64,000 nucleotides of DNA from Enoplolaimus lenunculus (taxonomy: Eukaryota). This document shows positions 52,402 to 64,000 of the stretch, piece after piece. Numbering within the stretch: position 1 is the stretch's first letter; the number at the start of each line of letters is the position of its first letter. The stretch lies in contig JASANG010001649.1 of assembly GCA_030248215.1 (NCBI GenBank), positions 310,001-374,000 on the forward strand, given 5' to 3'. The notes under the pieces are model-generated. The model had not been told where the DNA came from, did no database searches, and saw nothing but the letters and a program-made list of their open reading frames with translations. Position numbers and translations under genes: made by a program.

Positions 52402-52546
52402 CTGCGTTAGAGGGATGGTGTGATTTGATTAGTTCTGCAATACACGGATGTCCTGTAATTATTGCGACATGATATGCAGTTTGACCTTGATTATTAACAA
52501 TATTTGGATCGGCACCACGAAACAGTAGTACACGAGCGCAACTTTC
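52402..52546 (-). CDS. SHANK: SHANK coding exon 9 (ankyrin repeats)
   Basis: Encodes ESCARVLLFRGADPNIVNNQGQTAYHVAIITGHPCIAELIKSHH. Acceptor attgcag, donor G|gtgag. Confidence 0.96.
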
Positions 52547-53032
52547 CTGCAATAAAATAACGTTCGGTTATGCAACTTCTACGATAACTTGCGTACATCA
52601 CGTCACAATATTCGTATGCGTACATGTATATGCAGATTTACATATGTTCTGTTAGCTTGCAAGGGACTAATTCACTACACCAAGTGGAGCATGACACAGG
52701 AGTATGCAACTTGTGGTTCTGCATGGTACAAAATGTATCACTGGGCGTTGCGTTTTGGCCGACCCCGTTTTTAGATGGGGGCGGAGGTCGTTATCACAGT
52801 CAATATCCCTAAATTAAACTACAACCGGAGAATTTTGATGCCGTATACGTACAGTGCCACGGTTCATACAAGTTGTATCCCCCTCTAAATAAAGGGGGTG
52901 TAGGCCCAAATCGCACCCTGGGTACTTGTAAAAAATCATTCTCGACTAATGACTACACTGATCACCTTGTCAAAATTTGATAGTCTCGTAGGGCTGAGCG
53001 TAAAATAAATGTTAAGTTGTTGCGTTACTTAC

Positions 53033-53149
53033 CTGATTATTGACAGCACACACATGCAACGGTGTGTTTCCATTGACATTTTGACTATTCAAGTCGCCAC
53101 CATAAAACAGCAGATGTTCCAAATGCTGATGTAAACCATTTTTGCAAGC
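53033..53149 (-). CDS. SHANK: SHANK coding exon 8 (ankyrin repeats)
   Basis: Encodes ACKNGLHQHLEHLLFYGGDLNSQNVNGNTPLHVCAVNNQ. Acceptor gtttcag, donor CAG|gtaag, phase 0-0. Confidence 0.96.
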
Positions 53150-53708
53150 CTGAAACAAAGAACAACTTATATCTATCAAACGTTATTATTACTCAATTTT
53201 GACACTATGCAAGGTTGCAAATACGGATTTCAAATTCCATTTTTTGCTAATTTCAAATAAAATATTTTACACTCTAAAAGGTAGTTGGTCAATTCCAAAG
53301 CCGTATAGGTGTTCATTTTTACTTATCAGTGCCTGAATTTTGAGCTATCTCTTTCTTGCATAGCTCATTTGTCTCAAGCATTTAATTGTTGTCCAAGTAG
53401 AATCACTCGAAGATATTACATCAACCACGTGAGCATTCTAACCCTCACTGATCAGCAGCCTGGTACACTAGCAAATAAGCAACACTGCCCACATGTACAA
53501 CGACATACAATTCCGATTATTTAGCTAAGAGCAAGCAACTAGATGTGAGACAATAAGGGTAAGTTTCCTTTAGAAAAATTTTGGAACCTTCTGAGAAAGT
53601 TTCGCATTGCCTATAAATACTGCGCCACCCTCTTCCGTGCCACCAGAAGGTTGTTTTTGGTACATATTCGACTGTTCACTGGCACGTAGACCTGACCATT
53701 ATGCTTAC

Positions 53709-53932
53709 CTGATGAACTTCAGTATTTCCAGCAGCGTCTTGAACGTTGAGCACAGAATAGTCACGAAGCAGCAATTCTGTTGAATTCGGGTTTGTTCCTG
53801 GCTTAAGCACCGAATAGTATAATGGAGTTAAACCGTTCAGATCGCGTACAGTTGGCATTGTTCCTAGATCAAGTAGGGTTTTCAGGTTGGTATGGGATGG
53901 CAAAAGTGCCGATTTGTGAATTGGGCATAAGC
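53709..53932 (-). CDS. SHANK: SHANK coding exon 7 (ankyrin repeats)
   Basis: Encodes GLCPIHKSALL...TLLDLG...DLNGLTPLYYS...GNTEVHQ. Acceptor attttag (phase 1), donor CAG|gtaag. Confidence 0.96.
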
Positions 53933-53936
53933 CTAA

Positions 53937-54060
53937 AATAATAATAATAATAATAATAGCCATAATAATAACAATAGTAATAGTAATAATAGTAATAATA
54001 ATAACAACCATAATAATAGTAATAATAGTAATAATAATAATAATAATAATAACAATAATA
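53937..54060. repeat. Imperfect (AAT)n microsatellite abutting the exon 7 acceptor
   Basis: About 40 AAT/AGT/AAC triplets ending a few nt from the acceptor AG. Confidence 0.92.
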
Positions 54061-54086
54061 TGACAAGTTATTTTTCAAAAAGACAA

Positions 54087-54250
54087 CCCGCAGCCAAAGA
54101 GGGGGCAGAGTGCTCAGCCATTCCTCCAAAATTTTTAGCCCTCTATATAATTTTCGACCTTTCTTGTAAGTCTTAGAAAACGCTTGTATGCCCGTCCTTG
54201 AAAATTTTTAGCCCCCCCCCCTTCCGCAACGTGAGCTGGCGACGGGTCTG
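54087..54250. mobile_element. hAT-like MITE, family B
   Basis: CCCGCAGCCA...GTGAGCTGGCGACGGGTCTG, colinear with other family B copies. Left end is approximate. Confidence 0.7.
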
Positions 54251-54292
54251 CGCATCAATAAATGAAAGTTTATCTAAAATCGAGCAGAATAC

Positions 54293-54391
54293 CTTCAAGC
54301 GTACGGAAATCCAAATGCGCACCGCCGGCAACCAGTGCTAGCATAAGATCACGAGAATCAGGAAGTACAGCGGCAATTGAAAACGGTGTTT
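54293..54391 (-). CDS. SHANK: SHANK coding exon 6 (ankyrin repeats)
   Basis: Encodes ETPFSIAAVLPDSRDLMLALVAGGAHLDFRTLEG (Shank GGAHLDFR signature), phase 1-1. Confidence 0.96.
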
Positions 54392-54830
54392 CTGAAAGCA
54401 AAAAAGTTTGAAGTTTACTGATTAACTCAATATCAGTAGACTAACGATGCTGTTAACTGTCAAAAATTAGCAAAGCGAATAACAGAATTTGTTAATGGCC
54501 CCATTAATATGATTATGGACTTTTTGGCTGGGTTCGTGAAACCCTACTTCAGTACGATTTTGTACTTGTGACATGTGCTAGGCAATTACTTGACATTGTT
54601 GTCGTTTTAAAAGCGTACTTAAGTAAGCCTTTGCTTAAGTCGCTGAAAAAATAAATATATTACAAATTAACAGTTCAGGCATATTAACCTTGGCTAAAAT
54701 AAAAGTGTAGACTCATGATGTCACTTTAATATAAAGCAGGACTATTGTTTTGTGGTTATGTTAAAGGTTACATATGGCGTTTATTTTTTCTGCTCAAAAA
54801 TTCACGTAGTTACTAAGTTGGTGATCTAAT

Positions 54831-55222
54831 TAGAGCTGCACGCTACCCGCGGGAAAAGCGGGTATGAGTATGAAAATTTTCGCGGGGGTATACCCGCGGG
54901 TATTTCAAAGCGGGGATAAAAATTTGTCATTGTATACCCGACTAAAATTTTTGTATAAACTTGAAACAGATAATGTAGAAAAATTTGAATATCTAAACTG
55001 TTTTTACCGTGTGAGTGAAAAACAAGTATATATTACACTCCTGAAATGTGCTGGTAAATCGAAAAATACGTATAGGTCAGTAACGGTAAAGGAATTTTGG
55101 CGGGTAAAGACGGGTAACGAGTCAAAGATTTTGCGCGGGTATACAAACCGCGGGTAAAAAAAATAAAATTTCTGTGGGTAACGCACAACCCGTGTAAAAA
55201 ATCTTTACCCACTTACACCTTT
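54831..55222. mobile_element. Dispersed CGGGTA/TACCCG-rich repeat (probable hAT-like non-autonomous element)
   Basis: Starts TAGAGCTGCACGCTACCCG with multiple CGGGTA sub-repeats. Related sequence at ~7735-7805, 41095-41215 and 51890-52300. No TSD resolved. Confidence 0.6.
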
Positions 55223-55710
55223 GGACTTGAGTAATTTTAAGCATAACTTAAGTAAATACCTAAGTAAAATTTCAAAAACCCAGCCATTGAAATTTGCAAG
55301 AAAGCTTGCTAGTGAACCATCTTTGTACGCTTTACCCTCACCTGATATTAAAACTTTAGCTTAGGCAAACGTTTGGGCATATATAAATCTTTCCTACGCC
55401 TTAGTTAGCTTAAGCTTTGGCATATAGAGTAATGTGTGGAGAAAGTATACAAGACACTCTTATTATTTTTGTGATTTTGTTATCGATGTTTGTAGTTTAA
55501 ACGGTAAAAAATTTATAAAATATTCCTACAATTTGACCATTAACAACTCAAAACTTACAGTACCTCAAAGTTTACAAAGTACGCATAAATGACAATGTTT
55601 TTGAACAAATAAAACTGAAATTAATCATAGTTGAGTTAATTAATGAGTACCCAAGTCCTAATTTATGGTCCTAATTTATTAAAAATCTAGCAAGACCATC
55701 TGAAACCTAC

Positions 55711-55816
55711 CGCCACGAGAGTCGTGGAAATTAGGGTCAAGCCCTTCGCTGCATAATTTGGTCACTTTTTCAACTTGCCGATTATGAATGTATTCCATAA
55801 ATCTTTTCAAATTGCT
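55711..55816 (-). CDS. SHANK: SHANK coding exon 5 (ankyrin start)
   Basis: Encodes SNLKRFMEYIHNRQVEKVTKLCSEGLDPNFHDSRG. Acceptor tttttag, donor G|gtagg. Confidence 0.96.
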
Positions 55817-56578
55817 CTAAAAAGCAAAAAAGCAAAACATCGGTAGGATAAATTAGCACAGTGTCGCAACTGCTGATCCAAAAGTTACAAGGGGCCCACA
55901 TACGCTGCAGGGCGCTATATAATAGCAAAACGAGTTTCGCAAGCGAAGTGAGCGAGAAGTTAAACGCAATTTTAATTTTAATAACTTCTACTGACCACTG
56001 AAGCACATAGCGGAGACGATATGTGGTTAAAAATTACAAACTAGACGCAATCCTAACTGTAAGTACTCGTGTACTCGTGTCAAAACAAAGCGCAAATGCC
56101 ACCAATATCATGAATGCTAGTACACGTAGTTGCACACAAGTGCAACTGAACGAAGGCTTTTCGTGCCTTAGGCTAAATAAAAATCTGTTAGTTCACTGCC
56201 CAAAATACGTATGTGGGGCGTTTCGGCTTAAGCTAATTATTTTATTTTATATAACTGGTATTGCCATGAAGCAGGTGGAGTACGATGTTTTCGTGTGGTG
56301 CCATGGGCTGCTCGAAAACTCTCCATCTGTGGCAAAACGTCAAATCGGTTGCTTCAGGCCGCCCCACTCTGTCTCTTGGTGGAGCTATACTCACCGAGGG
56401 CACAGGCGAACTCCGCAGTGAATCTTTTTTATATTCACAGTGCAACGGCTTGTGGTATAGTAAGAGCTCATGCAGCAATTCCCGTGGGAGCATTAAAATT
56501 GTCAAAAAGTATATTGCGCCACTCTTAATAGTCCGACGTTGTCACTGTAACGCATCAAACAGTCATTAAGAATTTTAC

Positions 56579-56650
56579 CTTTGTGTGCAGCGATCTCAAA
56601 TGTTTTTCATCCAGCTTGAGCATCTTGTAAACGCGTTTCTTGTATTTGAG
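56579..56650 (-). CDS. SHANK: SHANK coding exon 4 (SPN-ankyrin linker)
   Basis: Encodes LKYKKRVYKMLKLDEKHLRSLHTK. Acceptor atttcag, donor AAG|gtaaa, phase 0-0. Confidence 0.96.
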
Positions 56651-57168
56651 CTGAAATAACATATAAATAATACATTAAAACAAAATATAGATGCATTTTA
56701 TACACCAATACTAAAAACAATAAACATTTTCCAAAATATACCAAGACGTAATATCAACCAAGAATTACCAAACGATGTTGAATTTCCGGCATTGTTACAC
56801 ATATAATTTGCCTGACTAGTGCCACTACGTTCATTGACGAGGACTTCAATTAGAAAGCAAGTTGCTTCGGCAAAAATTTAGCTATTGAAACTGTATTTTG
56901 GGTATTGAGACAGGAGGTGCAGAGCTAATGGCTCCATCTAATCAAATTGGAATAAATTTAAAAGAGGTTACTGGATTAGCCAATTATAGAACGAATTACA
57001 TTGCTATTTAAAAATGAATCAATTGAGATCAAATAGCTATATTTGACTGGTTACAGCCAAAAAATGTTAATCTACGGACTTAATCATCACAAAGTGATTG
57101 GCAAAAGGTTGTCTTGCTTGAAAAAACCGAGTTATGTCAACTAAAAATGCAACAGTAGGTACATATAC

Positions 57169-57294
57169 CTCCAGGTATGGCACACAGTCTTGAAACGGAT
57201 AGTCTTTAAACGGACGTTCTTCTTGAAGAAACTTGCCTGCTCGGCCATTACACGGAGGCAGGAACAGGCCGTAATTGAACGCTTCAGGCAGATC
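57169..57294 (-). CDS. SHANK: SHANK coding exon 3 (SPN domain)
   Basis: Encodes DLPEAFNYGLFLPPCNGRAGKFLQEERPFKDYPFQDCVPYLE, the SPN signature NYGLF.PP..GRAGKFL.EER. Confidence 0.97.
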
Positions 57295-57561
57295 CTGAAA
57301 TTAAGACAGAATTTGGGTGCAAATTAGAAAATCATTCGCGCAGCCGTTTGTAGTTTGACCACAAATTGCTAGTTACGTTCAATAATCTGAATAACTAATC
57401 TGTAACATTACTAAGACTTTTTCATAACAAATGAATATTTTTATACAATTCTCCTATACAATCGATAATTTTTCAAAATATTTAAATCAGAGTCTCGCGA
57501 AAGAAATTCAATTGCAGAGTAGTATTCAATTAAATTCTAAGCAAAGTTGTGACGGACTTAC

Positions 57562-57633
57562 CTTTGGCAATAAACTCAAAATGCGCAATTTCAGGTCCCA
57601 TACGAGATCATCGAGTTGAACTTGAAGGCATTT
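57562..57633 (-). CDS. SHANK: SHANK coding exon 2 (SPN domain)
   Basis: Encodes KCLQVQLDDLVWDLKLRILSLLPK. Acceptor ttttcag, donor AAG|gtaag, phase 0-0. Confidence 0.95.
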
Positions 57634-57915
57634 CTGAAAATAAAACACGTAGAATAAATGCAAACCTGAAATTAACCCCCGGCACCAATTCATTCTAGAT
57701 GCACTTGAGGTCAAATTCAACGCTAGCAAGTACCTATGTTTCTGAAACCCTAAATGCTAGAAGAAATATTTCAAATGATGAACACAAATTTTGAATATAA
57801 TCTAAAATTAAACATTTGATAAGGTTGGACTTCTTGTAGTGTCAACGTTATGTATTCGCTTAAGCATTAGTTTTGCATGCAGCGTTAGGCATAAAGTTAA
57901 AAAATTTAGTAATTA

Positions 57916-58177
57916 CTAAATTGACCAAAATAAGAGGGGGGTAATAAGAGGGGTTCCCCATTTGGGTCCGAATCAATAGGAGTCCGCACCCCTAATAAGA
58001 GTCCGTATGCGGATAGACTCCCTAACCCTAATTAGAGTCCATAAATACCAATTAACCCTAATTGTAGCACATAAATGACTCCAGGACCAAATAATTTGAG
58101 TTCGAAACTTTACAAGAGGGTACCCTCTGGAGAGGCCAAATGAATATCAGTCCCCCTTCTTATTCGGGTCAATACAG
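57916..58177. mobile_element. Internally deleted relative of the TA-TSD element at 1929-2886
   Basis: Shares GGAGTCCG...AATGACTCCAGGACCAAATAATTT and the terminus CTTATTCGGGTCAATACAG, with TA on both flanks. Confidence 0.8.
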
Positions 58178-58444
58178 TAGTAATGAAGTATTTAGTCGAT
58201 AAAAACGCACTTTCAATCCACGGTTGAAACGGAGTTAAAATTGTAGCAGAAATTACGCTTTTTATATTCTTACTGACAGCAGTACAGGTCTGTCGACGAA
58301 TACAACCTGATTAGAGTTGGTGATGACGTTTTTATCATTCACCGTTGGTGAACGGAAACACGCCCTGCTAGCGTAAAACCATACACGCCCTGCTAGCGTA
58401 AAACCATGCCGGCGAAAGGTGGGATTGCAATCCGTTGAACCAAC

Positions 58445-58642
58445 CTGAACATTAAAATCAGGCACAAACACTTGAACGGATATTGTTTCCACTCTTCGCG
58501 CAGGCGCTCCATGGACACTTCCGGTTGCACCAGTTGGCGTACCACAACACGACGAACTACTACCGGCAACAGAATTCGAATCCATAAAACAACCGGATCC
58601 GTCGGTCACCGTTGAAAATGAACTAACTGATACGGTATCCAT
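58445..58642 (-). CDS. SHANK: SHANK coding exon 1
   Basis: ATG in AAAAATG context with an upstream in-frame TGA. Ends ISVQVFVPDFNVQ (first SPN strand). Donor CAG|gttgg, phase 0. Confidence 0.9.
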
Positions 58643-60522
58643 TTTTAGGCACGCTAATTTAAGATGATTATTGACATAGCTAGTAGAAAATATTGTTGCG
58701 AAACATGGCAGTGAATCGAGTGAAATGTTACATCAATGAGCAAATTGTGAATGATCGCCTAAAACAATAATATGTCTGATTTAGCAGTATATTGTGATGA
58801 TAGAGATTGTTATGCTCGCTAACAAATTTTGAGGGCGTCTCTGAATCAATTGTTCTGTCAAGATGACCAACGGAAAAATCAAATTCTAGTTTGTTATTGA
58901 ACACAAAAACATAAAAGGCAAAACGTCTGACTCGTAGAAACTCTTTCTGAAAGCATTGACAAAAAATACGATTGATTTTTGCCAAGTTTAAATGTCTGCT
59001 TGTAAACATGTTAGCGTAAGTAAAACTTAAAATTCTGGTTTAGTTAGTCCGTCCAGCCATTTATGTTTTGCTAAAACTAATATTCAAGTTTAGTTAAGCT
59101 TTAATTTAAGTTTAAGTTTTTAGAGAGTAGATTAGAGTTCGTCGTGTTTAGTTTTCTATGCAAATAAATATTCTTCTGGAGGCCAGCGCACACTTTCCAT
59201 ATACAATGAGTAACCGCAAAATAACCTACCTTTTCAAATCCAAAACATCATTTTCTCTCAAGCTACCGAACGCTGGAATGGAATTATCGCTCAATTAGAA
59301 AGCAGCTTTCGGATTCGTGTTACCCAATGAAATTGTATTTGACGCAAATCCAAAAACCGAAGCATTTCAATAGTATAATGCCAGAATTCCCCTCATACCA
59401 CAATCGCCCACAATCAGTCAGTTAATATAATAGAATAACTTCGGTTCCAACTGTACTGGTATTAATTTAATACATCAACCCTGAATAATTCCTTTAGAAA
59501 CGTTTCATAATAATAATAATATACAACAATAGTTATTGGCTAAATTATGCGTGCATTGCTTGCAAATTAAATATATAATTACAATTATGCAATATTTCTA
59601 ATTCCAACCGCCTACGCTAGTAAAAAAATTAAGTTTATCAATTCCAATTGAAGCAAAAATGCTAATCGTAGTGAAGGATCATAATTGTGGTTACTCTGGT
59701 TGAACAATTCATTGTAACTTTTCGTCAAATCCGTTTGATTTGTTGATTTTTTCGCAGTAAATTAAGCAAGATACTGCTTTAAATTTTGCAGCTTGAAATA
59801 ACTATGCAATGTTATCTTAAAATTTACAGTTAAACCAGGGTCATGTTATTAACCTGAAATACAAATTGCTTGTTATGGTAACATCATTACGACTGAAAAA
59901 GCTTGGAAATATGCAAATCGGTGATCGTTAGCTAGTGATAGCTGCTGTACCGAATGAAGTAGGCAATTGGTTTTGTAAAATGTTAGTTGAACTTTGAAGG
60001 ATTCTCATATTTACGGTTTCAAACGGGAAACTTTGTTGGTTTGTGATAACAACTGCCTGTCCATGCAGCAATTTATGTGTAAAATTAAACAGGTGTTGAA
60101 CTTAGCTCACTTTAAGCCGGTTAGTCTTTTAACTGCTATCGTTAAACATTAGCGACAGATGTATTTAACAATACAATATCTGTACGAAAATGTGATCTTA
60201 GCTCAGTGCTGTGGGCTTATGGTCGTTATACAGAGAATCGTGCCACGTTTTCAATACACTGATCCTATTCTATACCAACGTCGCAAAATAGAATTACAGG
60301 GGCCGATTCTGTAGGGTTCATGGGGTTTTCATGAACACCTTACTCGAGTTAGCAAAAAAATTAGTCAAATATAAAAGCGGATGACTTCCGTCAATTTGTC
60401 GGTCTATTTCTGACGGTCTCATCATATGCAATATTTCTAACATTTTATGCAGTACATATGTTTCAAGCGTCTGGCAATGTGAACCCCCTTAAATATTATC
60501 TGGATCCTCACCTGAACAGATG

Positions 60523-60739
60523 CACTGTTAAACATCAGTGAACGGATTTTAATTCAGAATAAGTATTGAGTTGAATCACTGAGTCTGAATTAGGTCTTTC
60601 AAAACACAGAAGTCTTAGTTGATTGAACTCATTTTGAGTTAACTCATCCGGAATTAAGTCAGTTCAGTAACTCAGAAAAACCAGAAATGACTTATTCGTC
60701 CTCTGAGTTGATTAATCAACTCACTTAAATTTACAGCGA
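60523..60739. mobile_element. CACTG-ended MITE with ACTC/GAGT sub-repeats
   Basis: Termini CACTGTTAAA and TTTACAGCG. Same family as 62493-62730. Confidence 0.6.
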
Positions 60740-62492
60740 TAAAAATGTGGTCATAGAAACTTAACAATGAAATATGCACCATGGTATTCTATGAATATTG
60801 CCAAAACCGTCCTTTACTGAGGGAAACAGCCTCTAACAGGCAAAGCTGCTGGCGTCCAATCGGATTCATTATTGCGAACTTGTTTTACATTACTGACATC
60901 ATTGTTTAGCATTGTTTTGTCTCTAAAACTCCATTAATGTTTTACAATTACTTATAATTTTCTAATCACGACTTTTCCGCGTTCCGATTAATGATAGTGT
61001 GAAGGAAGCTTGCAAATTTAGGGTCCAAAAACAATAATAATCTGCTATAGAAAACATTATATTCTAACAGTTTTAGTTTGTGGAAAACTGAATGCAGTGA
61101 AAGATGTGTATAAAGCACTTTGCACTTCGCGTCTTTACTGTTTGTTTTGCAGGCTGCTTGCAATATTTGCAACATATTTTAAGTGCATTAGATTCAGCAA
61201 ACAAACAGCTATGATGTGCGTTATACACATGTATATAGCATAAATATACTATATATAAAGTATAAGTTTAGAATCTATGACATTTATTTATTGCTTGTTC
61301 TTTGTGCTAAGTATGGAATACGGACCAAAATAGAAGTTTTCGATAGCTTTGCAGGTGTTAATATTCGATGCTTAATACTTTCACATTTAGTTTTGTTCAA
61401 AATGTTTTGGTTTTGGTTCATATCTGGGCTGAAGATCACCATCATTTTAGTGGCAAATTCATCAACGCACCGCCCAAGAGTCGGCCTCAGGTCCGGAGTA
61501 GCCACCCCATACACCCCCTTTGGGGTTCCCCACTCGAATAAAATTTTAAATAAATTATAGCCGCCCATTCTAGCATTTTGGGGAAGCCCACACCCTAGCC
61601 TGTTGCGGCACTGGTCGGCCTATGACCTGTGTCCATAGTCAAACTATGAACTCCTGGCATTTGAAGATCTTAAAATGGCACAAAAGTAGCAGAAAACAAA
61701 TCCGAAAACTATGCAGAATTTCGAACCTATCGATTATCTGGTTCGAAAGCTACAAGACGAGTCACTAACTGAGAATAGGAGCAACACACATTTGAGAATA
61801 TGGGCCTTATAGTGTCCCAAGAAGCAAATGTGAATCAGTACTTAGACTTTTCACATTCGTGTAACATTTCGACTTTAGTTTACTAAGAGAAGGATATGCT
61901 AATAACTGAATGTACTTTGAGAAAAATTATTTCGGTCCACATTGGCTTACAAACTATGTATAAACGAGATATATGGGGTGACCATTATAAAGCCAATGTG
62001 TCACCGGTGCCCTCAATGTGTGTCCCTCTTTAGTTACAACTCAAACATATAGACACGCTGTAGGAGAGCTAAGAACACATATGTAAATGTTCTTAAGAGA
62101 AAGTGCAATAAAGTACCAAGATGAACTTTGAATTGAAATACTTTCTAATAGTACTTTCGGGGATCGAACGTTTTTCGAGGATTCCAATAGAGTAGGCTTA
62201 AGCTTTCGACTAATTTTTTGTTTAGGCATGCGCTTATGCCTATAGGCGTATATAGGCTTATCGTTGCGCTGAAGCTTAGTCGTAGAAATACAGTTATACG
62301 ACTGTTACACACCTCAAAGTGAACAATGGCCGAAATATTTGTGCCGAACTGTCGTTGCCAAATTACAATTTATAGCGGCTTCAACGCTCTCTTGTCAATT
62401 CAATTCGAAATTTACTGCCAGGCGAGAGACTACTTCTTGTCTTAGATTTTAGAACTCTGAAAACTGCATAAAAAGCGTCGAAAGTGCAATTA

Positions 62493-62730
62493 TACTGTAA
62501 ATTCCAATGAGTTAATTAATCATCTCAGACGGAAAGTTAGTTATTTCTGAACTTTAGCTCATTCCAAGTTTCGTTGATTCTTACTCTAAGTTGAGTTGAT
62601 TTCGCGAAAGTTTATTAATTAAATCAGAATGAGTTGAATCAACACAGCATTCTGAGTTCTGACAGTTCTAACTCAGGCTGAGTGATTGAACTCATTCTGA
62701 GTTAAAACCAACTCACTGGAACTTACAGTG
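62493..62730. mobile_element. CACTG-ended MITE with ACTC/GAGT sub-repeats
   Basis: Termini TACTGTAA and TTACAGTG with TA on both flanks, and many AACTCA/TGAGTT motifs inside. Confidence 0.68.
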
Positions 62731-63810
62731 TATATTCAGACGACAAATTTTGCCTGCAACAAATTTGACATCTGCTTGACTCGAATAAAGTGCAAATTTT
62801 GCAATTGATGCTTACAAGGGCTTTTGTATTTACACTAACAGAGATTAATATTTTTATTGCTAAAGTCTGGCGCTTATTTTGAGCAAATTTCAAAATTTCT
62901 TTGATCAAATCATAACAAGATGAGATGACGTTAAACATTACGACAGAATGACACAACCAGATGTGTCGAAATGATTTGTTCTAAAAGATTTTTTCAAAGT
63001 TCAATAGCGGAACGAAGATATTTAAGTAAAACGTTTCAATACTTAAACGAAAATGAAAAATAGTCGGTGAAATACCGCTGTACAACGCGTACAACAGACA
63101 ATCTCGCTTTTGTTGATAAAGTTGTTGACATTACAAGGATACTCGGCCAGAGAAAATGTGTACTGATCACATAGCTAGTTAAATATTGATGGGCATGGCG
63201 GGGGGACGAGCGAAAAACGCGCGAAATAAATTTATTCAGTACAAAGACATCGAAATCGTCTTTTATGCCGTCAAATCTGTAGATATTTATTGTTAAGAAC
63301 CACACGTATGAATGCTCCGAATTTTAGAACTTTTGTGGGAACTGTATTTTTTGACCGTAGTTGAGCAAAGTAAAGTATGCTACTTTGAGTAGTGTCACGA
63401 GTCCTTGATTTAAAAAGCTGATATTGGTAGCTAAAACGTTGAGCAGCTTCACAAAATTTGACGCTGAAACGAAAACTGCTCTTGAATGGAGTTGCTGATT
63501 CAGAAATTTATCACGGGTGACCAAAGCAATACATATAAGAGCCAAAAAGCTAGCGAGCGAGAAACCAAACGCAATTTTAGTATACTAATTCTTAATGCAA
63601 TTTTTAGTTTCGATCCCTGCTGGACATACCATAACCAGGCTATTCACTCCTTTGTAGTTGAAGCCATATAATTCTGCTATCTCTCATGTTGGCTGTTTTA
63701 CGTTTTTCTCTTGCAGGTACTGATTTTATTCCCAAAAACAAGGGAATATAGATAGAATTTCATTTTGACGAAATGATACGTAACCGCGAAACACGGTAAT
63801 AACGCAACTT

Positions 63811-64000
63811 CCTGGACGCTGAAACTTTTTTGGCTTCAGTATCCTGGATACTGAACCTTTTTGGCTTCAGTGTCCCAGACACTGTAGTTTTTTGGCTTCA
63901 GTATCCTGGATACTGAACCTTTTTGGCTTCAGTGTCCCAGACACTGTAGTTTTTTTGGCTTCAGTCTCCTGGATACTGTACCTTTTTGGCTTCAGTGTCC
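63811..64000. repeat. 31 bp minisatellite with alternating A/B units (runs off window edge)
   Basis: TTTTTGGCTTCAGT(A/G)TCC(TG/CA)GA(T/C)ACTG repeated, with CAG at 63837, 63868, 63899 and onward. A diverged relative lies at ~50790-50880. Confidence 0.92.

Noticed and set aside
53869..54129. Poly-Tyr and poly-Ile ORFs
   Set aside because: Translation of the AAT microsatellite.
61705..61780. Possible further tRNA-derived relic on minus strand
   Set aside because: Only a B-box-like GGTTCGAAAT is clear, and no convincing cloverleaf forms.

Overview
AT-rich, intron- and repeat-rich animal genomic DNA, not prokaryotic. It is most likely a nematode. This is an inference from TTTCAG/TTTTAG acceptors, dispersed degenerate TTAGGC hexamers, and an SH3-less Shank whose PDZ resembles, from memory, C. 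elegans SHN-1. The window holds two convergent genes. (1) The 3' end of an HMG-box gene lies on + (coding 2-49 and 506-577, with a probable 3'UTR intron 599-3713). (2) A complete SHANK/ProSAP scaffold gene lies on - (ATG 58642 to stop 12649). I reconstructed it by hand as 22 phase-consistent GT-AG coding exons (6366 nt, 2121 aa): SPN domain, ankyrin repeats, polyQ, PDZ, proline-rich region, SAM. Notable points in this Shank: no SH3 exon found, a probable intragenic alternative first exon (ATG 25983) giving an ankyrin-less ~1834 aa isoform, an AG|GT dual splice site ending a 24.5 kb intron, a polyPro plus WH2/EVH2-like motif cluster, and a 40 aa post-SAM tail ending in a class I PDZ-binding motif (-VTSF). 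Introns and intergenic DNA are filled with non-autonomous DNA transposons (hAT-like with 8 bp TSDs, TA-TSD elements, CACTG-ended elements), tRNA-derived sequences, elements with telomere-like cores, and minisatellites. I found no transposase, CRISPR array or clearly new biological system. All homology statements are recalled, not database results.
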